Of a stretch of 64,000 bases of DNA, positions 30,025-40,600 are shown piece after piece. The translations under genes were made by a program, and so were the position numbers. The DNA is from Candidatus Latescibacterota bacterium (GTDB lineage Bacteria > Latescibacterota > UBA2968 > GCA-2709665): positions 4,192,001-4,256,000 of the forward strand of contig OZ252100.1 in NCBI GenBank assembly GCA_965248435.1, read 5' to 3'. The notes below the pieces were generated by a model. It was not told the origin of the DNA, made no database searches, and saw nothing but the letters and a program-made list of their open reading frames with translations. How positions within the stretch are numbered: the first letter of the stretch is position 1; each line of letters starts with the position of its first letter.

Positions 30025-31617
30025 ATGGCTAAGACAGGCGCGGAAGTCGTCGTGGATGCTCTGGAATCCGCCGGCGTGAAATACCTGTTCAGTGTTTCGG
30101 GAAACCAGATCATGCCGATCTACGACGCGACCATCGGGCACGAATTGAAAATCATTCATACGCGCCACGAAGCGGCCGCGGTTCACATGGCAGACGGATG
30201 GGGCCGCCTGACAGAATCCCCCGGAATCGCCCTGTGCACCGCCGGGCCCGGCCACCTGAATACGCCATCCGCGCTCTACGTGGCGCTTACGGCGGAGTCA
30301 CCAGTCGTGCTGTTGAGCGGCCATTCTCCGCTCTCACAAGCTGGAATGGGCGCTTTTCAGGAGATCGACCAGGTGGCTGCGATCAAACCCGTGACCAAGG
30401 CGGCCTGGGTGGTCCGCGACGCAAATCGGCTGGATCACGAAATCCTGTCTGCGCTCAAGATTGCGCAGACAGGACGTCCTGGTCCCGTCCACCTCAGTCT
30501 TCCTCAAGACGTTCTGGAGGCGCCGGCTTCCTTAGAAACGCAGGAGATGCAGCACGCGTCAGAGCCTACGCCCGACGATGACAAACACGAGAAAATCCTG
30601 AGTCTCCTTGAAAAAGCAGAGCACCCCTTGATCCTGGCAGGGCCCGCCATGGCACGCCCCAAACGCTGGATCGAGGTCGAGCGGTTGTCGCGCCTCACGG
30701 GGATCCCGTGCCTTCCGATCCACAGCCCCAGGGGCGTCAATGACCCGTGGCTTCACAAGGCGACCAACATCCTTAGTGAAGCAGACATCGTGCTGCTGTT
30801 GGGAAAAGCGCTTGATTTTTCGCTTCGATTCGGACAGCCCCCTTTCTTTTCCAAGGCATGCCGCTTTATTCAGATTGAGGCCGAAGCTGAACGGATCCGC
30901 GAGAACGAGAAGGTTGCGTTGAACCTTCACGAGGACCCCTGTCTGGCGCTACGCCTGCTGACCGGTTCCGCGAAAGAACATTCTTGGGAGGCCAGGTCCT
31001 GGCGCAGAGATGTCGAAAAGGCAAGGGAAGACGTGTCTGCCGAATGGGAGTCGTTGCGGCATACGTCTCAAGAGCCGATGCATCCGCTCCGAGTTTGCAC
31101 GGAACTGCAACCGTTTTTCAAGGATGGAGCCGTGTTCGTGAGTGACGGGGGCGAGTTTGGGCAGTGGGTTCAGGCGGGGCTGGAGGCTGAAGTTCGGTTG
31201 ATCAACGGGCCCTCAGGGTCGATCGGGAGCGCGCTCCCGATGGCGCTCGCTGCTAAGCTGGTTTATCCGAAACGCCCGGTCTTCGTCTTCGTAGGGGACG
31301 GGACGTTTGGTTTTCACGGGATGGAATTCGACACTGCGCTGCGCTACGATCTGCCTGTGGTTTGCGTCGTGGGGAACGACGCCCGCTGGAATGCCGAGTA
31401 CCAGATCCAGCTCAGGAGCTACGGCTCCGATCGTCTTGTCGGCTGCGAGCTGCTTCCAACACGCTATGACATGGTCGCTCAGGCCCTTGGAGGCCACGGG
31501 GAATACGTCCAGCGGGCTGAAGAACTCGTGCCCGCAGTCAAGCGATCGATAGAGTCGGGTCTGCCGGCCTGCATCAACCTCTCGATCGAGGGGGCCGAGG
31601 CGCCGATATTTCGATAG
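30025..31617 (+). CDS. Thiamine pyrophosphate-binding protein (acetolactate synthase-like)
   Basis: RHEAAAVHMADG, TAGPG, GAFQEIDQ, GRPGPVHL, GDGTFGF...ND. Confidence 0.9.
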   Translation: MAKTGAEVVVDALESAGVKYLFSVSGNQIMPIYDATIGHELKIIHTRHEAAAVHMADGWGRLTESPGIALCTAGPGHLNTPSALYVALTAESPVVLLSGHSPLSQAGMGAFQEIDQVAAIKPVTKAAWVVRDANRLDHEILSALKIAQTGRPGPVHLSLPQDVLEAPASLETQEMQHASEPTPDDDKHEKILSLLEKAEHPLILAGPAMARPKRWIEVERLSRLTGIPCLPIHSPRGVNDPWLHKATNILSEADIVLLLGKALDFSLRFGQPPFFSKACRFIQIEAEAERIRENEKVALNLHEDPCLALRLLTGSAKEHSWEARSWRRDVEKAREDVSAEWESLRHTSQEPMHPLRVCTELQPFFKDGAVFVSDGGEFGQWVQAGLEAEVRLINGPSGSIGSALPMALAAKLVYPKRPVFVFVGDGTFGFHGMEFDTALRYDLPVVCVVGNDARWNAEYQIQLRSYGSDRLVGCELLPTRYDMVAQALGGHGEYVQRAEELVPAVKRSIESGLPACINLSIEGAEAPIFR

Positions 31618-31662
31618 TTCACAGCCGGTAAAGACTTGTCGGTTCGTTCGAAGGAGGAAAAG

Positions 31663-32085
31663 ATGACAAAAAGAATCCTGCTGGGCGCATTGGCCGTGTT
31701 CGTGGGCTGGTCTGTTTTGGACTTCGTCGTGCACGGGCTGATCCTCACCGACGCCTATGCGGCAACAACACACCTCTGGCGGCCGATGGACGAGATGAAA
31801 ATGGGACTGCTGCGTTTTACGGTTCTTGTTTCAAGCCTGACCTTTGCGGCCATGTATGGTCTCTTCGTTTCCGATAAGGGACTCGGAAGAGGTATCAAAT
31901 TCGGTCTTCTTTTTGGCATTGGCGCCGGTACGTCTATGGGCTATGGGACCTATTCCTTCATGCCGATTCCATACACGATGGCACTGGTCTGGTTCCTGGG
32001 CACGCTCGTTGAGGCGACGGTGGGCGGTCTTCTGGTGGGGGCGATCATCAAAGAGACAAGGGCAGCATCCGGGGCGGACGGGTAG
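31663..32085 (+). CDS. Four-TM hypothetical membrane protein
   Basis: AAGGAGG RBS; four hydrophobic segments. Confidence 0.7.
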   Translation: MTKRILLGALAVFVGWSVLDFVVHGLILTDAYAATTHLWRPMDEMKMGLLRFTVLVSSLTFAAMYGLFVSDKGLGRGIKFGLLFGIGAGTSMGYGTYSFMPIPYTMALVWFLGTLVEATVGGLLVGAIIKETRAASGADG

Positions 32086-32139
32086 GATGATCCACGTGAG
32101 AGGGAGGTTGGAATTCGCTTCAGACTGAATGGGGAACGT

Positions 32140-33000
32140 ATGCGGATCACACACAGTTGGACGGACGACACGGCGACCATCAAAGTGGAAGGGCTTGAAG
32201 CACCCGTCACGATGTTGCACGTGACAGACCCTCACGTGGGGCTGGTCGATGAGCGAGACTCAGATTACTTGCAGGCGTGTGAGGCATTTAACGACAAGAA
32301 TAATGTCCTCAGAAGACACGATGCCTTTCCAGAGATGATGGGGAATGCAGGTGACCTGGAAATCGATGTTGTTGCCTTGACGGGAGACATTGTTTCGTTT
32401 CCCTCTCAGGCGGCGATCGAGTTTGTGAGCGAAGCCCTGTCGAAGCTGGACACGGAGGTTCTATATACGTGCGGCAATCACGACTGGCACTTTCCAGGGT
32501 TGGATGGCCGCGAAGAACTGCGCGAGAAATGGTGGCCTGTGCTGAATCGGCTTCACGGCGGGGAACCTGAATTTTCAGTCCGCGAACGAGGAGGCATTCA
32601 GTTCATGCTCCTGGACGATTCGACCTATCAGATCAGCGAGGCGCAACTCGACTTTGCAAGAGGGGTCTTGGACAACGGAAAACCGACGGTCCTGCTTACA
32701 CACATCCCTATGAGCACCGCCACCCTTCGGCCCGCGGCCATAGAGAGGTGGGAGGCGCCTATTCTAATCGGGGACCCCGATTGGGGTCCAAATAGCCGCG
32801 AAAAGTGGGAGGCTGGGGAGGATCGGCAATCCACCGTGGAGTTTGTGCGCACGATTTCCCGCGCGGAGAACCTGGTCGCCGTATTCTGCGGCCACATCCA
32901 CTTTCCTCATGCCGATGCGCTCGGTCCCACGGCGATTCAGTACGTTGGCGCGCCCGCGTTCGATTCTCGCTGGCGAATCGTGGAGTTCCTGCCGCTGTAG
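32140..33000 (+). CDS. Calcineurin-like metallophosphoesterase
   Basis: TDPH, TGD, GNHD, THIP, CGHIH. Confidence 0.88.
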   Translation: MRITHSWTDDTATIKVEGLEAPVTMLHVTDPHVGLVDERDSDYLQACEAFNDKNNVLRRHDAFPEMMGNAGDLEIDVVALTGDIVSFPSQAAIEFVSEALSKLDTEVLYTCGNHDWHFPGLDGREELREKWWPVLNRLHGGEPEFSVRERGGIQFMLLDDSTYQISEAQLDFARGVLDNGKPTVLLTHIPMSTATLRPAAIERWEAPILIGDPDWGPNSREKWEAGEDRQSTVEFVRTISRAENLVAVFCGHIHFPHADALGPTAIQYVGAPAFDSRWRIVEFLPL

Positions 33001-33058
33001 AATGTGGCGATTCTAGGTAGGCCTTAAGGGGAATTGTCACGCGGATCTGTCTGGGATG

Positions 33059-34228
33059 TCAGGCCGTATCCTCCGGGTAGTTGAAGAGGAGCTTCGGGTT
33101 GGCGGCCCGCACCTCGGCGATGGGCAATCCGAGTTCCTTGCGGACGATGTTCGTACCCCTGACCAGCGCCACCATTTTGTAGCGCGCGATTCGACGTGAG
33201 AGGCCCTCTCGACCAAAGCCGCAGTCGGTGGTGATGATCAGGCGCTCGACAGGGATGTGTTTGAGCGCCTTTCGGATGAGTGCTGCGACCTGCTCCGGGC
33301 TCTCGACGGGGGTCCTGAGGTGGCTGATCACGCCAACACCGATCTTCTTGTCGGACTTCATGTTCCCGATTGCTTCCAGGTCTTCTCCATCCGTGCTGGC
33401 GCACTCAAACGTGATCACATCGGCATTGAGCTCGAAGAAGGCCTCCAAAGCGGGTTTGTAGGTTTGTGCTCCCTTGGTCGTTTGCTGTGCCGGGTTTCCC
33501 CAGCAGGTGTGTGCCCACACCTCTGTCTTGACCCCTTCGACCTGCCGATCGAAGGCCTCGTTAAGGAGGTCCAGGTCGCTCAGCTCACGATCGGCGTGGC
33601 CCACCATGCAGTGATGGACCGGCTCCTCGATCTGGATGATCGGGCAGCCCGCGGCGTCTAGCTCGCGGTACTCGGCGTTCATGATGTCTGCCAGAGCGAG
33701 AAGGAGATCCCGGTAGGAATCGTAGGCCTCGTTCCTGATCATGTGGGTCAGGCTGTCTACGCTGATGGCGCCGAACTTGACCGGTTTGTCCGTCAGCCTT
33801 TGGGCGACCTGCCAGACGGCCTTGTAATGGAGCGGGCCGGGCGTCACTTCCCTGACCAGCGTGGGCTGCCGGTAAGACTCCATCAGTTCCCAGATGATCT
33901 CCCCGGGACCGGTCCATTCCTTGAATCTGTCAATCACATCACTATCGCCTTCAAAACCGCCCATGCGCTCCAGCGCGTAGAAGAACCAGCCTCTGCCCCC
34001 CACGTCATTATCGAAGCGCGCATCCCCATCCGTGACGATATCGAGACCGGCGTTCGTCTGGTCGTTGATGAACGCCCCAACCGCGTCGAAGTACTGCTCC
34101 TGGTAGACCCGGTCACTCAAGGCATTCTTGAAAGGGCGTCCGAAAAGGCTTTCCGTGTACCAGGAGGGCCTCGGAATTGAACCCACGATCGCGGTGGGCA
34201 GGACCATATCTGCGGTTGTCGTGATCAT
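33059..34228 (-). CDS. Cobalamin-independent methionine synthase II family protein
   Basis: VGSIPRP, GLDIVTDG, IQIEEP, HTCWGN, TDCGFG. Confidence 0.88.
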   Translation of the reverse strand: MITTTADMVLPTAIVGSIPRPSWYTESLFGRPFKNALSDRVYQEQYFDAVGAFINDQTNAGLDIVTDGDARFDNDVGGRGWFFYALERMGGFEGDSDVIDRFKEWTGPGEIIWELMESYRQPTLVREVTPGPLHYKAVWQVAQRLTDKPVKFGAISVDSLTHMIRNEAYDSYRDLLLALADIMNAEYRELDAAGCPIIQIEEPVHHCMVGHADRELSDLDLLNEAFDRQVEGVKTEVWAHTCWGNPAQQTTKGAQTYKPALEAFFELNADVITFECASTDGEDLEAIGNMKSDKKIGVGVISHLRTPVESPEQVAALIRKALKHIPVERLIITTDCGFGREGLSRRIARYKMVALVRGTNIVRKELGLPIAEVRAANPKLLFNYPEDTA

Positions 34229-34528
34229 TGCTGTGCCCCTTTGTAGACTCAAAGTGAGGTTCGATATGCGATAAAATATAGGCTGGGTCGCGAGGGGTCA
34301 AACGGATTCGTTGTTCCAGGATTGCGGGGCTTGTCACTCGATTCGGCCGTGTTTGACCCAAGGAATCCATTGACAAATTCCTCCTTGACACAGCGAGAAG
34401 TTGGCGTACATTTGTTTTGACCGCAATCCGGAATCGATTCCTCCCTGAATTCCCGCGGTCTTCCCCTGATTACACTACCTTGATCTGACTCTTCCCCTTA
34501 CATTTCTATCCTGCACGGGAGACTTGCT

Positions 34529-34765
34529 GTGTCCAGAGATACATTCACTGTGGACGACTGTGAGCTGTTGAAGTTGCTCGAAATGGGCTTGGGTGAGGCT
34601 GTGGCGGCAAAGCAGCTTGAAGCCTCGGCAACTGATGTTAATCGGATCGTAAAGGAGTTCCTTACAAGCGGCATCCTTCGCTGTGTAGGAGATCAGGAGG
34701 TTGTAGATTGGAAAGCCTACGGAAAATGGAAGCGCAATGGCAAAAATGGCTCAGGCAAGGAGTAG
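34529..34765 (+). CDS. Small hypothetical protein, possible winged HTH
   Basis: GGGAG RBS; helix-turn-helix-like AAKQLEASATDVNRIVKEF; TTGACA boxes upstream. Confidence 0.5.
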   Translation: MSRDTFTVDDCELLKLLEMGLGEAVAAKQLEASATDVNRIVKEFLTSGILRCVGDQEVVDWKAYGKWKRNGKNGSGKE

Positions 34766-34912
34766 CTCAGAATAGTCGTTAACCTCTCAGCATTTTGGAT
34801 TCCTCTCAGGTTCAACCCCGCAGACTCGCCCACCTTCCTGAATTCGTCCTTCATCCCCGATGATGGTTCAAAGACGGCATCAGAGGAATCGGTTCAGCAA
34901 AATAGTTTCCTC

Positions 34913-34941
34913 TTGACATCCTGCGCGTGTGACTGCATACT
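34913..34941 (+). promoter_or_regulatory. Sigma70-like promoter for msrB
   Basis: TTGACA-N17-CATACT. Confidence 0.55.
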
Positions 34942-35001
34942 TCTCTAAGTTCGATGTTTTACTAGGCTTAAGTCGATTATAGGTATTCACAGGGGCAGAC
35001 C

Positions 35002-35397
35002 ATGTCAGAAGCTCAGCGTAAATCTGAAGAAGAATGGCGGCAACTCCTGACAGCTGACCAGTACCACGTGTGTCGCCAGGGGGGAACCGAGCGAGCATTT
35101 ACCGGGGAGTACTGGGACTGTAAGAATGATGGTATATACCGTTGTGTTTGTTGCAGAAACGAGCTCTTCAGTTCTGAAACTAAATTCGACTCGGGCACGG
35201 GCTGGCCGAGCTTTCACACCCCCTTGGCGCCGGATCGAGTTACAGAGTCTGAGGATGTGGCCATGGGCATGCGCCGCGTGGAGATCCGCTGCGGCGCGTG
35301 TGACGCACATCTTGGGCACGTATTCGATGACGGACCTGAGCCGACCGGGAAACGCTATTGCATGAATTCTGTGGCCTTGAGTCTGGATTCGGAGTGA
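35002..35397 (+). CDS. msrB: Peptide-methionine (R)-S-oxide reductase
   Basis: GTERAF, KFDSGTGWPSF, HLGHVFDDGP, RYCMNS. Confidence 0.96.
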   Translation: MSEAQRKSEEEWRQLLTADQYHVCRQGGTERAFTGEYWDCKNDGIYRCVCCRNELFSSETKFDSGTGWPSFHTPLAPDRVTESEDVAMGMRRVEIRCGACDAHLGHVFDDGPEPTGKRYCMNSVALSLDSE

Positions 35398-35430
35398 ATA
35401 ATCCGAATGGATGCCTAGAGAACCCGTGCA

Positions 35431-36270
35431 ATGGGAGGTCATACACAAAGATTGCTAGGAGTTCAGATCCTCCTGGGATGCTTTTTGGTTTACGTCGTGT
35501 ATTGCTGCTCGCTTTACCTGTTGCAGAGACACATCACTTTTCCAGGTGCGCGCATACAGGCCCCTCCAGCCGAAGCGGTTGAGGGCGTTGAGAAGATCTG
35601 GCTCGAGACCGGGTTTGGAAAGGTCGAGGCCTGGTATCTCTCGGCTGATCGCTTATCGGATGGTCGCAGCACTCCGGCGGTGATATTCGCACACGGAAAC
35701 GCCGAACTGATCGACCATTGGCCTGAGGCATTCAGGGCACTCACCTCCCGTGGATGTGGCGTGCTCCTTGTCGAATTCCCGGGGTTCGGGCGATCAGAGG
35801 GGTCACCCTCTCAGAAGAGCATCACAGAAGCCTTTCTCGCCGGCTATGACAGTCTCGTTGCCCGAGATGATGTAGACGACTCAAAGATCGTGTTCATGGG
35901 CCGCTCTCTCGGCGGAGGAGTTGCCTGCGCGCTTGCAAAGGGGCGGCCTTCGACAGCATTGATCCTGTTCTCGACCTTTACGAGCGTTAAGGCACTCGCG
36001 GGCAATTTCTTCTTTCCGGCCTTTCTGGTAAGGGATCCCTTCGACAATCTGAGTCTGGTAGGTTCATATTCGGGACCGACGCTGATCGTTCACGGCAGGC
36101 GGGATGAAGTCATCCCATACGATCACGCCGTGGCCTTGCACCGGGCCGCGAAGAGTGGGAAACTGATCACCTACGACTGTGGGCACAACGACTGTCCTCC
36201 AAACTGGGAGGAACTCTGGGGGGAGGTTGTATCGTTCCTTGAGGGGTCAGGAATTCTGGACGCGGGTTGA
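35431..36270 (+). CDS. Membrane-anchored alpha/beta hydrolase
   Basis: FAHGNAE, GRSLGG nucleophile, HGRRDEVI, GHND. Confidence 0.88.
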   Translation: MGGHTQRLLGVQILLGCFLVYVVYCCSLYLLQRHITFPGARIQAPPAEAVEGVEKIWLETGFGKVEAWYLSADRLSDGRSTPAVIFAHGNAELIDHWPEAFRALTSRGCGVLLVEFPGFGRSEGSPSQKSITEAFLAGYDSLVARDDVDDSKIVFMGRSLGGGVACALAKGRPSTALILFSTFTSVKALAGNFFFPAFLVRDPFDNLSLVGSYSGPTLIVHGRRDEVIPYDHAVALHRAAKSGKLITYDCGHNDCPPNWEELWGEVVSFLEGSGILDAG

Positions 36271-36334
36271 GAATTCCTATGTCACACGATTGTTTTTGGG
36301 ACGGACGGGCGAAACTGCCTGGGAGGAGTGCTGA

Positions 36335-37360
36335 ATGGCAAAACTAAGGGCCGGAATTGTCGGGTCCGGAAGTATAGCCGGTCTCGGTGGTAGAGTTCAT
36401 TCACACGCCGGAGGTTTCCGGTTTTGTGAAGGCGTCGATCTGGTGGCCATCGCAGATATCAATCCGGAGCGCCTGAACCAGTTTGGCGAGGAGTGGGAGA
36501 TCCCTCCTGAACAGCGTTATGGTCAAGCTGCGGAGATGTATGAGAAGGCCGATCTGGATATCGTGGACGTGACGACCCACAATATTCATCACCACGAGCC
36601 GGTGATTCAGGCGGCGGAAGCCGGTATCAAGGTGGTGATGGTGGAGAAACCCCTATCCGTCAGTGTCCATCTGGGCAAGAAAATGGTTGATGCCTGCGAG
36701 CGAAGCGGGAGCCGGCTGGTCGTAGATCATACGCGTCGGTTCGTCCCAGCATACCGCAAGTTGAGAGAGATGGTAAAAGAGGGGGCTGTCGGAGAAGTGA
36801 GAAGCATCATATTTACGGGCTCCCGACCCTTGCTGCACAACGGCACACATACCGTAGATTACGCCTTCTACTTCACCGAGGCACGACCTATACTGGTCTC
36901 GGGTTATCTGAATGATGAACCGGTCGCCGATCCTGGGGGAGGCGGGATGATCGTCTGCGAAGGCGGGCTGGTGATCTTCATTAATTGTATCGCTACTCGC
37001 AGAGAGTCGTATCCATCCGCAGAGATCGCCGGCACAGAAGGGCGAATCGTTTTCTCAGACCGCCCTAATTTTTGGTACCATGGGCCGATGGTGGAAGCGA
37101 AAGAGGCCTACGGAACCCGCTTCGATTTCAAATCGATCGAAATGGAGTCGTACGAGCCTGAAAGATACTTCTCTTTCGCAGCGCGCGAATGCGTGGACTG
37201 TTACCTGGAGGATCGAGAAAGCCTGTCCAGCGGACGGGACGGGTTGAAGGCACTCGAGGTGATCACCGCGATTCACATTTCCCACAAAACAGGGAATCAG
37301 GTGTCGCTTCCGATGGATGAAGCGTCAGAGAAGATGGAGATCCTGTCTACAGGGGAATAG
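36335..37360 (+). CDS. Gfo/Idh/MocA oxidoreductase
   Basis: GIVGSGSIA, VEKP, HNGTHTVD. Confidence 0.9.
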   Translation: MAKLRAGIVGSGSIAGLGGRVHSHAGGFRFCEGVDLVAIADINPERLNQFGEEWEIPPEQRYGQAAEMYEKADLDIVDVTTHNIHHHEPVIQAAEAGIKVVMVEKPLSVSVHLGKKMVDACERSGSRLVVDHTRRFVPAYRKLREMVKEGAVGEVRSIIFTGSRPLLHNGTHTVDYAFYFTEARPILVSGYLNDEPVADPGGGGMIVCEGGLVIFINCIATRRESYPSAEIAGTEGRIVFSDRPNFWYHGPMVEAKEAYGTRFDFKSIEMESYEPERYFSFAARECVDCYLEDRESLSSGRDGLKALEVITAIHISHKTGNQVSLPMDEASEKMEILSTGE

Positions 37361-37470
37361 AAAGATCGTATCTCGGATCTGGTGAAGCGTATCTCGTAAG
37401 GACCAGTTATGGACAACTGAGAAATCGAGGTTTCCGCGAAATACGAAGGTTCGATGATTTATGGGGTAGG

Positions 37471-37506
37471 ACCCCGGATATCCTGAATATCCGGGGTTTC
37501 TTTTTT
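37471..37506 (+). terminator. Rho-independent terminator
   Basis: Perfect 11-bp stem ACCCCGGATAT/ATATCCGGGGT followed by a T-rich tail. Confidence 0.8.
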
Positions 37507-37529
37507 CTGAAGAAAAGTGAAAATCACGC

Positions 37530-37557
37530 TAAAGAGTCTAAAGTATTCTGCCGATAG
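37530..37557 (+). promoter_or_regulatory. Sigma28-like promoter upstream of the cohesin/dockerin gene
   Basis: TAAA-N16-GCCGATAG. Confidence 0.55.
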
Positions 37558-37680
37558 TAGGATATGGGAGAAACCCAACTTTGCCCTCCCATGTCTAGTC
37601 GAAAATAAATATAACCAGTTGATTGTAATTAATTTATTACATATAAGGACAACCTCTCAATTCGTCATTCGGGGCCGTAT

Positions 37681-40600
37681 TTGAACCCTAGACGCCTACA
37701 TTGGCTGCTGGCCTTCCTGCTCGCTCTTGGGTTTTCGCGAGGGGTTTCGGCGCAGGTGATCAACCTCTTTCCGGATGAAGTCCCGAATGGGCTTCAGGCG
37801 GGGTCAGGTAAGCGGTTTCACCAGCGTTTCGACGTTCAGCTAACGAGCAACCCTGGGCAGAGTTCGAGGGGCCTGACCATTACCCTTCCGAGCGAACTGG
37901 TCTTCGTCCCCCTTTCGGTGACGGCAACCTCCACTAACGCAGCTGTAAGTACGTATTTTTGTTGTAACCCGACGGGTCAGACCCTTGCCTTCGGTTGGAC
38001 GAATGCGGTTGCACTGGGGGGTGAAACGATCACGATCGAGTTCGATCTGACGACGCCGACCAACTTTACTGGAGTGGCCGAAGGCGCCAGGGAGGACACA
38101 TCTTACATTTTCGATTTCTCTGCCGACGCGAACCAGACCGACACGGACGTACCCGTTTCAAAGTTTCAGAACCGACCGATCCGAGCTATTTCTTTCGCGG
38201 CCCCTGATTCTGCTACGGGTGATACGACTTCCGCGGGAGGTCGCTTTTTCAAGCTCGCGTTTCCAAGCAGCCTCCCTGACTACAGCCACACCGGTCTTGC
38301 TGGCCAATCCGTGAGTGCCACTTTTACGGACAACCAGACAGACGTCATCTACAGCTTCTATGTTTCGACCGATTCCAGCTTGATAGCAAGAACGCTGGAA
38401 ATGGCCCCCTTGCAGTTCTTCAATCTGAGGGCGGACGAAACGACAGGGAGCTCACCGTTGTTGGGAACTCGCCAGAACCCACGGGTTGTCCCATCGACGT
38501 TTATCCGCGAGAATTTTACGACAATCTTTTCGTCGGTAACGGCAGATTCTATCACTGGAATGGTCAGCCTCTCGGGTACTTCCGACAACTCTGTGTATTA
38601 TGTTTATGTGCTGGCGGATCCGGGCCCTGGAACCATTCCCTCCAATCGCCAGTTCGGGGGCAGCGCCAAAAAGGGTTTCGATCAGACGACGTTAGGAGCT
38701 TTCACGGGCGGCGTCTTTCTCGGCCGCAGTGGACCCTTGCTGGTGCAGCATCCTCCGGAGTTTGTCGTGGTTGGTTGGGATTACGATGACGACACCGGGG
38801 ATGATTTCGACAATACCGGCGTGATCCAGGTCCCGAGCGACATTATCGGCATGGTCGCAATTGACGCGAATCGGAAGGATAACCGGAACATTACATTGGA
38901 TTCGGGGGCATTCTTCGAGAAAGGGGCTGCGTTCGTCAGTCTCAACAGCGGACTCACACCTTCCCCGACGACGTTCGTGGAACTGCTGTGGCTCGCGCAG
39001 GATGACGACAATCCCTCTGACTTTGAGATGAGGATCTTCCTCTCGACAACGGGTGGGCTCACCGTGGCCGATTTGGTTGGCACGGGCCTCGACAGCTTGT
39101 CGAACTCCATAGTGGTAGCAGGCTCGGACACCTTGAGCATTGAAAATCGAAAGATATTATTCGTTGCACTTGAGCGGGATTCGCTCACCAATCTCGTAAC
39201 CTCCTTCACACCCAGGGGGGACTACTTCGTATACTTCGCGGCTACCGATGGGAATGATGACCACCGTATCCTCACTCAGGTGTCAAACGATCCCTTCATA
39301 GCGAGTCCGACGGCATCGGTCCTGTCCGTAAGGCACGCACCAAATCTGTCTGTAGACAATTTTTCGTTGAACGACTTCGACGGCACCGGTGACGGAGACC
39401 TGGACGTTATCACGGGCATCGATGTCTCTCAAATGTTCATAGATGCAGACGGTAAGGATTTGAACCTGGGCCCTGCCCAACGTGCGATTACGGTTTCATG
39501 GGGTGAGCCTGGACTGCCCGGAGACTCCGACATAGACGATGACGCGACGATCGAGGTCTATTTCAGCACCCGGTCGGACTTCCAGGATGTAAGGGGGAGC
39601 ATCGAATACACCAGCGGGAACTCGAACGGGGATGATCTGCTCGCGACTATTTCTCAGGGGAATTCAGATACACACAGGATTGGCCAAACCAGGGAGGACC
39701 CGGACGGACAATTCGACAACCAGTTGACCTGGGACCTCTGGAGCTACGTTTCCCCAGAGGGAACCGTACCCAGGACAGGCGTGCGATACTTCTTTTTCGC
39801 CCGTATGATTGGGGGCACCACGACCCGCCTGATCTCTTTGACGCGATTTGGTGCGTTAGACGTTACCGGCACCCCCATGGCTGCTAGTATCCTGCATCCA
39901 CCCTTTATCAGGCCGATTGAGCCTGCGCGAGACATCGCGGTCACCATGGATGAACCGGTCCTGATCTCATGGCAGGCAGTGGACGTGGACAACCAGGAGG
40001 CAGATGGACTCGTGGCCGTACCTGCCAACACGAGCGGGCGGATCTCACCAAACAGCGACACCGCATCTCCAAACATCCGGGTCCTCCTCACTTCAGTGGA
40101 CTGGGGCGTTGTGACGACCTGGGGCTCGATTACTGACTTTACGGCAGCGACAGGAAACGTCGATCGCTTCTGGGTCGGTAATTCTGGCGACGGTTCACTG
40201 GTAGAAGAGATCGAGTTGAACGAGGGCGTGGACAGCTCATTCGTCTTGTTGGGTAACCGGATGCGCAACAACCTTTTTTCTACCATCACTGGCACCACTA
40301 CCCCGTTGTCCACGGGAAGCCTGGAGCTCCAGACAAATCAAGGCGCAGGCGAAACCTATTTCGTCTACCTGGCCATTGATGATGGCCGGGATGGAACCGT
40401 AGCGGATGCCGTTGTGGGGGGGACGTCGAACACCAGAAACTTTGGTGCCTTCTCCCCGCTGGTAAGGGCGCCGGGAACGATTACCTTCACAGGCATCGTG
40501 CCGACGAATCCCCCGACAACCACACGGTTCATCGTTCCATCCCGGATGCAAACGATAATGGGGGAGGTAATTCAGTATCCCATCATCCCGGACGTTTCAA

